Sequence record: NZ_CP096967.1
Source of the DNA: a plasmid
Length of the DNA: 39,376 bases
Direction: 5' to 3' (one strand)
The notes beneath the pieces are model-generated. The model made no database searches and was not told the origin of the DNA. It was given only the letters and a program-made list of their open reading frames with translations. Below, piece after piece: positions 20,080-30,416 of the stretch. Both the position numbers and the translations under genes were made by a program. The stretch's first letter is position 1. The number at the start of each line of letters is the position of its first letter.

Positions 20080-21189
20080 ATGCTAACATTTGACGATTAT
20101 AAGGCTAAAATATCCATCATTCAAATACTTGAAGATTTAGGATATAAACAAGACATTAGCAAAGGAAAGGTTTCGCCTGTTTTTAAACTGACAGACGGAG
20201 CAGGTAACAAGTTGGATGAAATCATCATCAAGAATCCTCATAGTGTACAAGAACACTACTATGATAGGAATTATAAAGGTGGAGATTTAATTCAGTTCAT
20301 CAAAAATCATATTAACGACTTCCCACAATTCCAACATCAAAATACATTTGTGCGAATCAATATGATTTTAGGACATTACGCAAATGAGCCTTATAGTCCT
20401 AAATATGAAGCATTCAAAGTTGTAAAAGCAGAAAACAAATCTTTTGACAGAGATAGATATAAAGAATTTCCTACTACACTCGCTGATTTAAGATTTCTCA
20501 CAAATGAAAGAAATATAAATCATCAAGTCGTAGAAAAGTTTCTACCATTTATCACAAGGGTTAAAGACTTACAAGGAAACGGCAATTATTATAATATAGG
20601 TTTTCCCTATATTAATCCAAAAGATAAAGACAACAAAGTAACAAATTACGAATTAAGAAACTATGGATTCAAAGGAATGGCTGCCGGAGGTGATAAAAGT
20701 AACTCGCTTTGGATTGCTGATTTTTGCCCACACCCCCAAATGGCAAAACATATATACTTTGCAGAATCCGCTTTAGATGCTATGAGCTTCTATCAGCTCA
20801 ATGCTAACAAAATCAAATTAGAAGAAAGTGTTTTTTGTAGTGTAGGAGGGTACATTTCAGTTAATCAAATAAAAAACACTTTATTGCGATACCCACAAGC
20901 TAAAGTACATACCTGTTTTGATAATGATTTAAACGGTAATTTGTATGACATTAAAGTGTCTGGAATCATTAGTAATACAGAAATGACAATAAAAGAAAAT
21001 AAAGATGATGTGCTGTTTAAAACTAAGGGTAGAGAATTCACTATTAACAAAAATGACGTTTCACTAGAAAGTTTTAGGGAAAAAAGCAAAATAATAGCTC
21101 CTATGATTTCTCATAAAGCAGAAAAAGCAAAAGATTTCAATGAAATTCTAATGAAACAACATGAACAAAAAAAAAGTATTAAGTTATGA
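20080..21189 (+). CDS. Toprim-domain protein (putative primase, TraP-like)
   Basis: Toprim acidic motifs FAESALDAMS and CFDNDLNGN. Confidence 0.55.
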   Translation: MLTFDDYKAKISIIQILEDLGYKQDISKGKVSPVFKLTDGAGNKLDEIIIKNPHSVQEHYYDRNYKGGDLIQFIKNHINDFPQFQHQNTFVRINMILGHYANEPYSPKYEAFKVVKAENKSFDRDRYKEFPTTLADLRFLTNERNINHQVVEKFLPFITRVKDLQGNGNYYNIGFPYINPKDKDNKVTNYELRNYGFKGMAAGGDKSNSLWIADFCPHPQMAKHIYFAESALDAMSFYQLNANKIKLEESVFCSVGGYISVNQIKNTLLRYPQAKVHTCFDNDLNGNLYDIKVSGIISNTEMTIKENKDDVLFKTKGREFTINKNDVSLESFREKSKIIAPMISHKAEKAKDFNEILMKQHEQKKSIKL

Positions 21190-21689
21190 ATGATGGAACA
21201 AACATAGCTTCTGATGATATTATATTAAAGCCTAAATTCCGATATTGGTTAATGAAGAATTTCCTTTTAATCACATTAGCGATTTTCGTATTCATTTTTA
21301 GTAAATATATAAGAGAACATGAATTATTAAAATTTATCAGTGGAACGATATTAGTATTGTTGATATTTATAATTTTCTACAGATATATTTCAATGTTACT
21401 TTGTACAAAATGGATTATAACTAGAGAGCAAATAAAAATATATCAAGGAGTGCTTTCAAAAAGGATTAACTACATAGAATTATATCGGGTATATGATTAT
21501 GAAGAAAAGCAAAGTTTTATCCAGTCTTTAATAAACAACACCAATATCTACATTTATTCTGGCGATAAATCAACACCAGAACTACTGATGAATGGTCTTA
21601 AAGCTAATAGTGATATAATTCAAACCATCAGAAATAGAGTAGAAGAACAAAAAAAGAAAAAAGGAATATATGAATTTACAAACAGATAA
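21186..21689 (+). CDS. Membrane protein with bacterial PH-like domain
   Basis: Two N-terminal TM helices followed by a bPH-like segment. Confidence 0.4.
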   Translation: MNDGTNIASDDIILKPKFRYWLMKNFLLITLAIFVFIFSKYIREHELLKFISGTILVLLIFIIFYRYISMLLCTKWIITREQIKIYQGVLSKRINYIELYRVYDYEEKQSFIQSLINNTNIYIYSGDKSTPELLMNGLKANSDIIQTIRNRVEEQKKKKGIYEFTNR

Positions 21690-21693
21690 TGAT

Positions 21694-22377
21694 ATGAAAA
21701 GAGTGCTTTTATTTTTTTCCCTAATGTTACTGTTAGGCAACATAAAAGGACTAGCACAATCTATTGTCATTGACCCGGTAATGATTGGAACATTGGTTTA
21801 TTCCCATCAGGAGCAACAAGGTGTATTGAAAGACATACAAAGTGAGGAAACAAAAATCCGCAACTTTCAAATTTTAATCCAACAAAAAATGAATCAAATT
21901 CAATCCTTACAGGAGAAGACATACAACTATCTTTCTACAGTTAATGCAGTTGTGAAAAATGGAAAAGATATTATTTATGCTTCAACCTTAGCTAGAGACA
22001 TAGCTAAATACCAATCCGAAGCAGCTAAATATGCAGTTGGAGACCCTAAATTATTAACCATAATTGCAAAAACAGAGTATGAGCTTATCAGTCGAAGTGT
22101 AGATTTAATGATATACATAAACAATATAGCATTGCAAGGCGGTGAAAAAAATCTTATGGATAATAAGCAAAGGATAGATTTATGTATTCATGTGGTCAAT
22201 GAACTTAGACGAATGCGAGGACTTGCATACGCTGTATGCCGACAAATGAAATCCGCTAAAAGGGCTGGAGTACTAAAAACACTTGTACCCGGACAATTTA
22301 AATATGTAAATAGTGGGAAACAAAAAGTAGATAATATTTTAAACGGTATTAAATGGATTAGTAAAGGAGGATATTAA
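21694..22377 (+). CDS. TraH-like paralog with a traI-type signal peptide (mosaic)
   Basis: First 35 nt identical to 5927-5961; the body is homologous to 5251..5925. Confidence 0.5.
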   Translation: MKRVLLFFSLMLLLGNIKGLAQSIVIDPVMIGTLVYSHQEQQGVLKDIQSEETKIRNFQILIQQKMNQIQSLQEKTYNYLSTVNAVVKNGKDIIYASTLARDIAKYQSEAAKYAVGDPKLLTIIAKTEYELISRSVDLMIYINNIALQGGEKNLMDNKQRIDLCIHVVNELRRMRGLAYAVCRQMKSAKRAGVLKTLVPGQFKYVNSGKQKVDNILNGIKWISKGGY

Positions 22378-23214
22378 ATGGATAATGATACAATCAAAGA
22401 TTTAGGCTTATGCCCTATTTGCCAGAAAGGACACATAATGAAAGGCAGTTTAGGATATTCCTGTAATTACTTCAAAAACATGAATGACAAATGTACATTT
22501 AATATTTATCATTCATATTGGGGAAAAGAGATTACAGAAGAAATAGCCAGGCAATTAATAACAACAGGGAAAACAGATATATTTCATGACTTCCATAATA
22601 AAAAAGGAGTTCCTTTTTCTGCATATCTGACTATCGAAAATGGAATCGTTATTCCTTCTTTCGTAAATGAAGTATTAGAAACTCCGTGTCCTGTGTGTGG
22701 TAGAGAAATTGAAATTTTACTAAATGGATATGCTTGTAAAGGGTATTCACAAAAGGACAAGGACAACAACAGAGTTTGTAACCTCTATATACCCAAAACT
22801 ATTGCACAAAGAGAAATACCATTGGAAGCAGCAGAAATACTTGCCAGAGGAAAAAAAACACCGTTTATGACTGGATTTAAATCAAGAGAAGGAAATGATT
22901 TTTCTTCACGGCTGGTTCTAACAGAGAACTTAGATATTTCTTTTGACAATACATTGTGTAAGTGTCCTAAGTGTGGAGGAAACTTATATATAAACAAAAA
23001 AGCCTATAATTGTTCCAACTATAGAAATGAAGCCATAAAATGTGATTTTGTCATTTGGCGTGAAATGTCAGGACGTTCTATAACTCCCGAAGAAGCAATA
23101 GAACTTTGCGAGAAAAAAGAAACACCTGTGTTAACTGGATTTCATGATAAAAACGGGCAACCGATGGAAAGAAAGCTTGTACTGAACGATGATTTTAAAA
23201 TAAAACTAATATGA
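22378..23214 (+). CDS. Zinc-ribbon repeat protein (topoisomerase-type C4 zinc fingers plus DUF3945-like modules)
   Basis: Three CPxC...C..C units alternating with ...TGF(H/K)...G..F...L modules. Confidence 0.45.
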   Translation: MDNDTIKDLGLCPICQKGHIMKGSLGYSCNYFKNMNDKCTFNIYHSYWGKEITEEIARQLITTGKTDIFHDFHNKKGVPFSAYLTIENGIVIPSFVNEVLETPCPVCGREIEILLNGYACKGYSQKDKDNNRVCNLYIPKTIAQREIPLEAAEILARGKKTPFMTGFKSREGNDFSSRLVLTENLDISFDNTLCKCPKCGGNLYINKKAYNCSNYRNEAIKCDFVIWREMSGRSITPEEAIELCEKKETPVLTGFHDKNGQPMERKLVLNDDFKIKLI

Positions 23215-23564
23215 AAATAGAATTTATAATTTATAGCCATTTTTTTAAAGAGAGAGGAATGAAGGTAAAGGGTGATTGGAATTTTCCGCATCTTCCAAGG
23301 ATAGGCGAAGAAATTTCACCTCACATTATAATGTTTCAGAATGAATTTACCTATCAAAATTTATTAGAATATCTAACAGATGAAGCTAAAAGTGATTTTA
23401 ATAAATTCAATGATGGTGAGGATGATTTAGAAGGAAATTTTAAAGCATGGGTATATGATGTTATCTGTGAGGTCAATATAGTTGAATCAATACATTATAG
23501 ACCAGATACAGAAGACTATACCCAAATTATTCCTGAAATTTGTTTAAGTGATTTAAGTAATTAA
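23211..23564 (+). CDS. Acidic hypothetical protein
   Basis: ORF with an ATGA overlap to the upstream gene. Confidence 0.3.
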   Translation: MKIEFIIYSHFFKERGMKVKGDWNFPHLPRIGEEISPHIIMFQNEFTYQNLLEYLTDEAKSDFNKFNDGEDDLEGNFKAWVYDVICEVNIVESIHYRPDTEDYTQIIPEICLSDLSN

Positions 23565-23575
23565 ATATTATTGAT

Positions 23576-23854
23576 ATGCAAATGAATAAGACTGATTTAA
23601 TCAAAATGGTTGCTGAAAAGGCAAATAAACCAACAAAAGAAGTAGCAGAAATAATTGATAGTTTTTTCAAAGAATTATCTCAAAATCTAAGAGAAAAAGA
23701 TGTTTCTATAAAAGATTTTGGTACTTTCAAAAAGATTATTCAGCCAGCTCGGATAGCTAGAAATCCGGCAACTGGAGAACCTGTAGAAGTTCCAGAAAAG
23801 GAAGTTGTTAAATTTAAGCCGTCCAAAAATATACTAAACATGAAATGGCTATGA
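23576..23854 (+). CDS. HU-family DNA-binding protein
   Basis: MNKTDLIKMVAEK...ARIARNPATGEP. Confidence 0.8.
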   Translation: MQMNKTDLIKMVAEKANKPTKEVAEIIDSFFKELSQNLREKDVSIKDFGTFKKIIQPARIARNPATGEPVEVPEKEVVKFKPSKNILNMKWL

Positions 23855-24117
23855 TAGAAATAAACATCCATATTCCTATAGATGGTGTGAACAATATTTC
23901 TATACCAATCCAATTACCTGTAGTTCCAAGGGTTGGAGAAAAGATTTATCTATCTGACAAACAAATAAATAATTTGATAAGTCTATTAGAAGAAGAATAT
24001 TACCACAATCCACAAACAGAAGAATGGAAAGAATCAATAAGACGGTTCACCAATATTGAGGAAGTAGCATATAATGCTGCAAATGGAACGATACACATTG
24101 AATTATCAACTATTTAA
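23845..24117 (+). CDS. Hypothetical protein
   Basis: ORF overlapping the end of the HU gene. Confidence 0.3.
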   Translation: MAMIEINIHIPIDGVNNISIPIQLPVVPRVGEKIYLSDKQINNLISLLEEEYYHNPQTEEWKESIRRFTNIEEVAYNAANGTIHIELSTI

Positions 24118-24127
24118 AAGAAACAAT

Positions 24128-24571
24128 ATGAAAAAGTATTTATCATTAGTAATGATTGGTTTAAGCCTTATGTTGTCTGGATGCAATAAAGACGATAACA
24201 ACGACCCTAATACTCCACCTACAGGAGATACAGGAAAAGTACGTTATGAAGCTACCGTAAGCGACCCAGAAAATTTCAAACTTCTAATACATTATACAGT
24301 AGGAGTAGATATTTCTTCCGAAGCTCCCGAAGAAGCTGCCAAAGAAATTATTGTAGAAAGTCCATTCACATTTGAGCAAGAAGCCAAACAAGGAACATAT
24401 TTATGGCTATCTGCCTACCCTATACCTAAAGATGAAGAAAACCTTGAAAATTTACAGCTACCTAAGACAGTCGAAGTAAAAATTTTTATTGATGATAAGC
24501 TGCATAAGTCTAACAGTGGTGAAAATTATGCAATGGTTCAACATATATTCGGACAAGAAAATTACCAGTAG
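24128..24571 (+). CDS. Lipoprotein, hypothetical
   Basis: Lipobox LSLMLSGC; start placed at the internal Met. Confidence 0.45.
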   Translation: MKKYLSLVMIGLSLMLSGCNKDDNNDPNTPPTGDTGKVRYEATVSDPENFKLLIHYTVGVDISSEAPEEAAKEIIVESPFTFEQEAKQGTYLWLSAYPIPKDEENLENLQLPKTVEVKIFIDDKLHKSNSGENYAMVQHIFGQENYQ

Positions 24572-24572
24572 A

Positions 24573-24685
24573 ATTGATACCTTTTCTGCCTGCACTGGAG
24601 AGAAACCGAGAAGGTATTTGATACCGTACTTTTCCGGGTTCTGCCCGGCATGGACGATAAGAGAACATTATTATGATACCAAAAA
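24573..24685 (+). repeat. Partial repeat copy B1 (right half of module M, lacking the 14-mer)
   Basis: Matches 12949-13060 of copy A, with the 14-mer deleted. Confidence 0.85.
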
Positions 24686-24694
24686 ATAAAAACC

Positions 24695-24731
24695 AATACC
24701 ACTCTCACTGCATAAAAGAGTGGTATTTTCA
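24695..24731 (+). terminator. Hairpin terminator
   Basis: AATACCACTCT-cactgcataaa-AGAGTGGTATT followed by TTT. Confidence 0.5.
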
Positions 24732-24745
24732 TTTGAATTAATAAA

Positions 24746-24970
24746 ATGAAAGACCAAAAAAGATTATTACACAAGTGCCTATTAGAAGACATTCCAGCTT
24801 TTGTAATATGCGGAACAGATATTTGTTCCGTCCAAGCAATGGAAGCATATTACCAGATAGCAGTAGAAAAAGGTTGCAATAGCAATTTTTTAGAAGACTT
24901 GAAATTAGCTATAGAAGATTTCAAGGCTTTTCAATGTGAGGAACCTGAAAAAGTTAAAATACCCGATTAA
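24746..24970 (+). CDS. Small hypothetical protein
   Basis: ORF immediately upstream of the coupling protein gene. Confidence 0.3.
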   Translation: MKDQKRLLHKCLLEDIPAFVICGTDICSVQAMEAYYQIAVEKGCNSNFLEDLKLAIEDFKAFQCEEPEKVKIPD

Positions 24971-24973
24971 ATC

Positions 24974-26929
24974 ATGGAAGAAAGCAAAGAATTACAAAAA
25001 CTATATGGATTCATGCAAGCATTCATTTATATAACTGTTTGCATAGAGATTCTACTATTTGTTCATTTTCCCTTTAGTGAACAAATTATGCCCTTATTAT
25101 CAAAAATGGCAAAAATTCCTATCTATTCTAATATTCTTTATAGTAAACTATTTACATTCTTTATTATAATGGTTACTTGCATTGGAACACGTTCAAAAAA
25201 GGATTTAGAATTAGACCCGACTAAACAAATCATTTTTCCTTTAATCTTCGGATTCATAATGTTCTTTGGAAGTATATGCTTTCTTTTCTTTAAAGAAAAA
25301 GGAGAAACTAGTTTAGAATGGTATAATATAGCTTACATTATACTATCAATAATTGGAGCGACATTAATAAATTCAGCTCTAGATAACATTTCCAAACGTA
25401 TTAAATCAAACTTTATGAAAGATAGATTTAATATAGAGAATGAAAGCTTTGAACAATCTAAAGACAAGGTAGAAACAGAATTCTCTGTCAATATTCCGAT
25501 GAAGTTTTTCTACAATAGAAAGTGGCATAATGGGTGGCTGAATATATGCAACTGTTTTCGTGGAACTTTCGTAATAGGAACGCCTGGAAGTGGTAAATCT
25601 TTTTCTGTTATAAATTCTTTTATAAGACAACATTCAGCTAAAGGATTTGCAGAAGTTGTTTACGACTTCAAATTTCCTGAACTTGCCAAAATTGCATATT
25701 ATAATTATCAAAAGAACAAACAATTAGGAAAAATACCAAGTAATTTCAAGTTCAATGTCATTAATTTTTCTGATATTGAATATAGTAGAAGAATAAACCC
25801 ATTGAAACGAGAATATATAGAAATCCTAGCAGATGCAACAGAAACGGCAGAAGCATTATATGAGAGTTTACAAAAAGGCGACAAAGGAAGTGGAGGTAAT
25901 AGCGATTTTTTTAAAACATCAGCAGTAAACTTGTTAGCAGCTTCTATTTATTTTTGGTCTAGATACGAGAATGGCAAATATTCAGATTTACCGCATGTAC
26001 TGGCTTTCCTTAATCAAGAATATGACGTACTTTTTAAAGTCCTCTTTTCCGAACCTGAATTAAAATCACTAGTTTCCCCATTTGAAGCTGCATATAAATC
26101 AGGAGCAGTGGACCAATTAGAAGGACAGATGGCAAGTCTAAAAGTACAGTTATCAAGACTAGCAACTAAAGAATCTTTTTGGGTATTTAGTGGCAATGAT
26201 TTCAATTTAAAAGTATCAGATAAAAAAGACCCTAGTTATCTTATCATTGCAAATAACCCTAAAACACAAAGCATGAATAGTGCTTTAAATGCACTTATCA
26301 TTAACCGATTAACTAGACTTGTCAATACAAAAGGTAACTACCCTACTTCAATCATAGTAGATGAATGTCCCACATTATATTTTTATCAACTTGCAACACT
26401 ACTTTCTACTGCACGTAGCAATAAGGTTTCAATTTGTTTGGGATTACAGGAACTACCGCAATTAGAAGAACAATACGGCAAAGCTACCGCAAAAACTATA
26501 ACTTCTATTATAGGTAACACTTTATCCGGGCAAGCTAAAGCTCCTGAAACTTTAGATTGGCTACAAAAACTATTTGGAAAAGTTAAGCAAGTAAAAGAAG
26601 GCGTTACTATCAGAAGAAACGAAACAACAATTAATATGAATGAACAAATGGATTTTGTTATCCCGGCATCCAAAATATCTTCATTACAAGCTGGTACATT
26701 AGTAGGGCAAGTTGCATTAGATTTTGGACAAGAAGATAATTTTCCAACAGCGATGTACCATTGCAAAACCAATTTAGATTTAAAAAAAATTAAGAAAGAA
26801 GAAGAAGCCTACAAAGAACTGCCAAAAGTATATAACTTTGGGACAGCAGATAATAGAGAGAAATTACTGCAAAAAAACTTTAAGAGAATATACGACGAAG
26901 TAGAAACAGTAATAGAACAATATGTATAA
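24974..26929 (+). CDS. Type IV coupling protein (VirD4/TraD-like; MobC in Bacteroides nomenclature)
   Basis: N-terminal TM helices; Walker A FRGTFVIGTPGSGKSF; 651 aa. Confidence 0.8.
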   Translation: MEESKELQKLYGFMQAFIYITVCIEILLFVHFPFSEQIMPLLSKMAKIPIYSNILYSKLFTFFIIMVTCIGTRSKKDLELDPTKQIIFPLIFGFIMFFGSICFLFFKEKGETSLEWYNIAYIILSIIGATLINSALDNISKRIKSNFMKDRFNIENESFEQSKDKVETEFSVNIPMKFFYNRKWHNGWLNICNCFRGTFVIGTPGSGKSFSVINSFIRQHSAKGFAEVVYDFKFPELAKIAYYNYQKNKQLGKIPSNFKFNVINFSDIEYSRRINPLKREYIEILADATETAEALYESLQKGDKGSGGNSDFFKTSAVNLLAASIYFWSRYENGKYSDLPHVLAFLNQEYDVLFKVLFSEPELKSLVSPFEAAYKSGAVDQLEGQMASLKVQLSRLATKESFWVFSGNDFNLKVSDKKDPSYLIIANNPKTQSMNSALNALIINRLTRLVNTKGNYPTSIIVDECPTLYFYQLATLLSTARSNKVSICLGLQELPQLEEQYGKATAKTITSIIGNTLSGQAKAPETLDWLQKLFGKVKQVKEGVTIRRNETTINMNEQMDFVIPASKISSLQAGTLVGQVALDFGQEDNFPTAMYHCKTNLDLKKIKKEEEAYKELPKVYNFGTADNREKLLQKNFKRIYDEVETVIEQYV

Positions 26930-27308
26930 CATTACATTACCAATTTTAGGCACAAGGTTAAAGCAAATCCGAGAGCATATAGGATATTCCCAAGCTCAAT
27001 TAGCAGAACAGCTAAACTGTAAACAAAATGCGATTTCAAATCTTGAACTAGGAAAAGGGGGCAGCCTAAAACTTTTATTTCAAGTGCTGAATTTTTATTC
27101 TAACTATGTTTTTATAGATTTAATATTTAGTGAAAAGTTTTATCTGATTTCTAATACAGAAGAAGATGAAGCACAAAAAGCCAATTATAATTCTGTTATA
27201 ATAGAAATTATAAGACAATCAGAAAAAAACTATGAGGATGCTATGTCAAACGCTAAAAAAGAGCTAGAAGCTAATCTTCAAAAAGCCATCAATTTATTAC
27301 AGCCTTAA
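26922..27308 (+). CDS. XRE-family HTH regulator
   Basis: LKQIREHIGYSQAQLAEQLNCKQNAISNLE. Confidence 0.55.
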   Translation: MYNITLPILGTRLKQIREHIGYSQAQLAEQLNCKQNAISNLELGKGGSLKLLFQVLNFYSNYVFIDLIFSEKFYLISNTEEDEAQKANYNSVIIEIIRQSEKNYEDAMSNAKKELEANLQKAINLLQP

Positions 27309-27314
27309 TAAAAT

Positions 27315-27342
27315 AAAAGAGAGTACAAAATACTCTCTTTTA
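27315..27342 (+). terminator. Rho-independent terminator
   Basis: AAAAGAGAGTA-caaaa-TACTCTCTTTT followed by a T-run. Confidence 0.6.
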
Positions 27343-27368
27343 TTTTCAATATTACTTTAAAGAATTTG

Positions 27369-27527
27369 TGATACCGTACTTTTCGGAGTTCCGGCACTGA
27401 TGGGCAAACATGGCATGATGAAATGATACCGAATTATCATTCCTGGCACACCCTGCAGAACAACCTTTTGATACCAAATACAAAAAGCTGCCGGAAGCCG
27501 GACGCAAAGAATTGATACCATAAAACC
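27369..27527 (+). repeat. Partial repeat copy B2 (module G only, four TGATACC boxes)
   Basis: Matches 12521-12680 of copy A. Confidence 0.85.
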
Positions 27528-27598
27528 AAAAAAGAAAAGTGTTTTCTAAACTAGCCTAACCAAAATCTTTTGTTTCACAAAACGACCCTTTTTCTGTA

Positions 27599-28039
27599 CT
27601 AAAGAAAACGGTTCTTTTTTTGCTTAATCAAAGAACTTATGTCGCTACGGTGTTTAGTTAACCAATCTTCCAAAATAAACGAAACTAAAGATGAAATAGG
27701 TATTTTGGCTTTAGCTTTGAGCAACCCAAACACCTCTTTTACATCTGTATCAACATATAGAACTTCCTTGCAATTATAATTTTTTCCTTTAATGTACTCT
27801 AATAAGTCCGTCAAATCCATTTCACTAGAGCCATTAAAATTAAAAACTTCCGAAGAAGTTGTTTCCATTTCTACATGAAGTGGTTCTTTCTCCTCTTCAA
27901 CTTCATATTTAGCTTCTTGAATAGGAGCTTCATTTATACTACTCCCATGCAATTCTTCACCTCTTATCATTTTAGCTATTTCCAGAACACTAGAAATACC
28001 TTCATTTTGCTTTTTCCTTAATTTATCAGCCATGTGCAA
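27599..28039 (-). CDS. Hypothetical protein downstream of ParA (possible partition adaptor)
   Basis: 146 aa, acidic; in an operon with the ParA-like gene. Confidence 0.3.
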   Translation of the reverse strand: MHMADKLRKKQNEGISSVLEIAKMIRGEELHGSSINEAPIQEAKYEVEEEKEPLHVEMETTSSEVFNFNGSSEMDLTDLLEYIKGKNYNCKEVLYVDTDVKEVFGLLKAKAKIPISSLVSFILEDWLTKHRSDISSLIKQKKNRFL

Positions 28040-28091
28040 ATATATACAATAAATGAATAACTTTATAACAAATATCTATTAAAAGAATATT

Positions 28092-28715
28092 TTATTTTAT
28101 TGCTCCTTCTTGAATGATATAATCATAAGCATTCTTCACCTTATCAATACACTCATTACTAATTGCTAATGTATTTATACGTTCCATAGCAACAGAAGCT
28201 GGTATTTCATCTGTAACAAAACCAACTTGCTTAAGAATATCAACTACCTGTTCTTTTGTTTCATATCTTACCGCAGTTCTCATATTGTTAGGTAAAAAGA
28301 ATATTTTGGCTTTTACATTTAAATACTGTAACACTTGGATAAAAAAACCTGTACTATCCATTGTAAATTTATCGTATTTAAATGGGCATATTATTATATC
28401 CGCAGCTTTAAGAATAGTTCCCAGAGCATCATCATCAATCTTACCAGGCAAATCTATTAATAGATTTCCTTGCTCAACCTTAGTAAAATCACTAATAATT
28501 TTAGCAACATTAGATATATCGGTTTGTATAACCTCATATTTAGGTTCATTATCATAGGTCGCAATATCTTCTTTTCTTCTATCCGATAATGAACGCTGAA
28601 AATCTAAATCCAATACTAGAACTTCTTTTCCTTTTTCTACTAGATAGTTGGCAAATTGTATGCAATTAGTCGTTTTACCACAACCGCCTTTCTGATTCCC
28701 AAATAATATTATCAT
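28092..28715 (-). CDS. ParA/MinD-like ATPase (TraA-like)
   Basis: Deviant Walker A LFGNQKGGCGKTT. Confidence 0.85.
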   Translation of the reverse strand: MIILFGNQKGGCGKTTNCIQFANYLVEKGKEVLVLDLDFQRSLSDRRKEDIATYDNEPKYEVIQTDISNVAKIISDFTKVEQGNLLIDLPGKIDDDALGTILKAADIIICPFKYDKFTMDSTGFFIQVLQYLNVKAKIFFLPNNMRTAVRYETKEQVVDILKQVGFVTDEIPASVAMERINTLAISNECIDKVKNAYDYIIQEGAIK

Positions 28716-28730
28716 ATCTTATTATATTTA

Positions 28731-30293
28731 TTAATTTTGTTGCTGTCCTCTTTTCTTTTTCCTATTAGGAGATTTATCTTGCTGTACATTTATATGCTGG
28801 CTAAGAATATCACAAATAGCATCAATCAGATTAAATCCCCTTGCCAGTTCTGAATCTTGTTCAACATTTATTCTTTCCATCTTATCAAGAGTAACTAGAG
28901 TAATCCTATCTTTACTATAGCCATCTTTTATAATATTGATTCCTAAATCATCAGTACTTACGATTACTTTATTCTTTTTATCTATTAGATAAACTAAATT
29001 ATCATCTTCAACAAAAAGAATTCCTTTTTCTCTTAATGTAGAATGTAAATCTGAACTATGAGCCAAATAACTATTTATCATATCAGAATAGACAGTATTT
29101 TTTTTATCCATATGCTCTTGAATCAAAATATCATCTTTTTTCACATGATAAATTCTACTTAACAACTCGGCTTCTTTAAGTGTAGCAACATTAAATTTAT
29201 TTGCTTCATACACTCTGCTATTATATCTAAGTTCTTTCAACAGTTTTTTATCAAGAACCAATAAAGCCTTATCATCACCATTTATAAATATTATGCCATT
29301 CATTGAAAACCTATAACCGTAATCTAACATTAATTTCTTGAAACTATCCATTGTATATTTTGTTCCATCTTTCAAAAGAAGATTAATTATACTATTACAG
29401 TGTTCAACTTTTGCTTGTTTATTAGGCTCTACTAAAAGTTCCTTCAAATCCATAACTTCCCCACCTTTCAAAACTCTCTTATTTCTATAATCAATTAATG
29501 TATATCCATAAGGTTTAGTATGTCCTTTTCCTGTATGAAAGACTAAATTTATACCAAACTTATCTTTCATCAAAGTTTGAAGTTCTGTATAGGAAAGTCC
29601 TTGCTTATATTTAAATAAAAGAGCTGTTATCTGTTTTCTTCTTTCTTCATCAGGTGTATATTGTTTAGCTTTATCTTTTATCTGCTCTAATTGAATTGAA
29701 GCGTGCTTTTCACCACCCTTATACAAAATTAATAATCCATCCTTTTCTCTTAATTTCCATCCTGATTGTTCAAGTAACAACTTATATTGCTGCACTGTAG
29801 AAAAAGAAAACTCCATGTATTTTGAAATGTCATCTTTAGTCTTCAAAGCTAAATCAACATTCATTATTTGATTTATGACTTTCTGTGAGCGCACAGCTTC
29901 CATATTATCTTTTACCTTCTGTCCGTTCTTCTGTACTCGTGTAGAAACAATATGTACATGATTATTTTCTGTATCAGAATGAAAATATATCATATAAGGA
30001 TTATTTCCATAACCCATTTTATTTATATATTGCAAAGCTACATTTTTCAAATCCTCTGCCGAATATTCACGCCCCTTACATGAAATCACTGCATGAAATT
30101 GTTTTGCCTTGACCGCTGGATTAGTCCTACAGACAGATTCCATATAAGCTATATAATCCGACTTCTTCAAATTATCTGGATTCATAGCAAAATTTTCTGC
30201 AACAAGAAGTTCACTCTTGCCTTCCTCATTCTTTCGCTCATTATAATCAATACCAGCGAAAGAAGTTGCCGCTTTTAAAACTACTACTACCAT
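28731..30293 (-). CDS. MOBP-family relaxase (MobB-like)
   Basis: N-terminal relaxase motifs including HSDTENNHVHIV. The start was chosen at the internal Met, MVVVVLKAATSF. Confidence 0.85.
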   Translation of the reverse strand: MVVVVLKAATSFAGIDYNERKNEEGKSELLVAENFAMNPDNLKKSDYIAYMESVCRTNPAVKAKQFHAVISCKGREYSAEDLKNVALQYINKMGYGNNPYMIYFHSDTENNHVHIVSTRVQKNGQKVKDNMEAVRSQKVINQIMNVDLALKTKDDISKYMEFSFSTVQQYKLLLEQSGWKLREKDGLLILYKGGEKHASIQLEQIKDKAKQYTPDEERRKQITALLFKYKQGLSYTELQTLMKDKFGINLVFHTGKGHTKPYGYTLIDYRNKRVLKGGEVMDLKELLVEPNKQAKVEHCNSIINLLLKDGTKYTMDSFKKLMLDYGYRFSMNGIIFINGDDKALLVLDKKLLKELRYNSRVYEANKFNVATLKEAELLSRIYHVKKDDILIQEHMDKKNTVYSDMINSYLAHSSDLHSTLREKGILFVEDDNLVYLIDKKNKVIVSTDDLGINIIKDGYSKDRITLVTLDKMERINVEQDSELARGFNLIDAICDILSQHINVQQDKSPNRKKKRGQQQN

Positions 30294-30416
30294 ATTTATA
30301 ACTTCACACCGCAAATATACAAACAAATATTCAATAAAAGAATATTTCAATATAATTTATTCATATAATAAATATACAAATATTATATATTCATATATTA
30401 TTTATATATATAATAT

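Noticed and set aside
24489-24689. ORFs 24489..24689 (+) and 31188..31388 (-), encoding ...IDTFSACTGEKPRRYLIPYFSGFCPAWTIREHYYDTKK
   Set aside because: The same peptide is produced from repeat module M in different contexts. It is an artefact of the repeat, not an independent gene.
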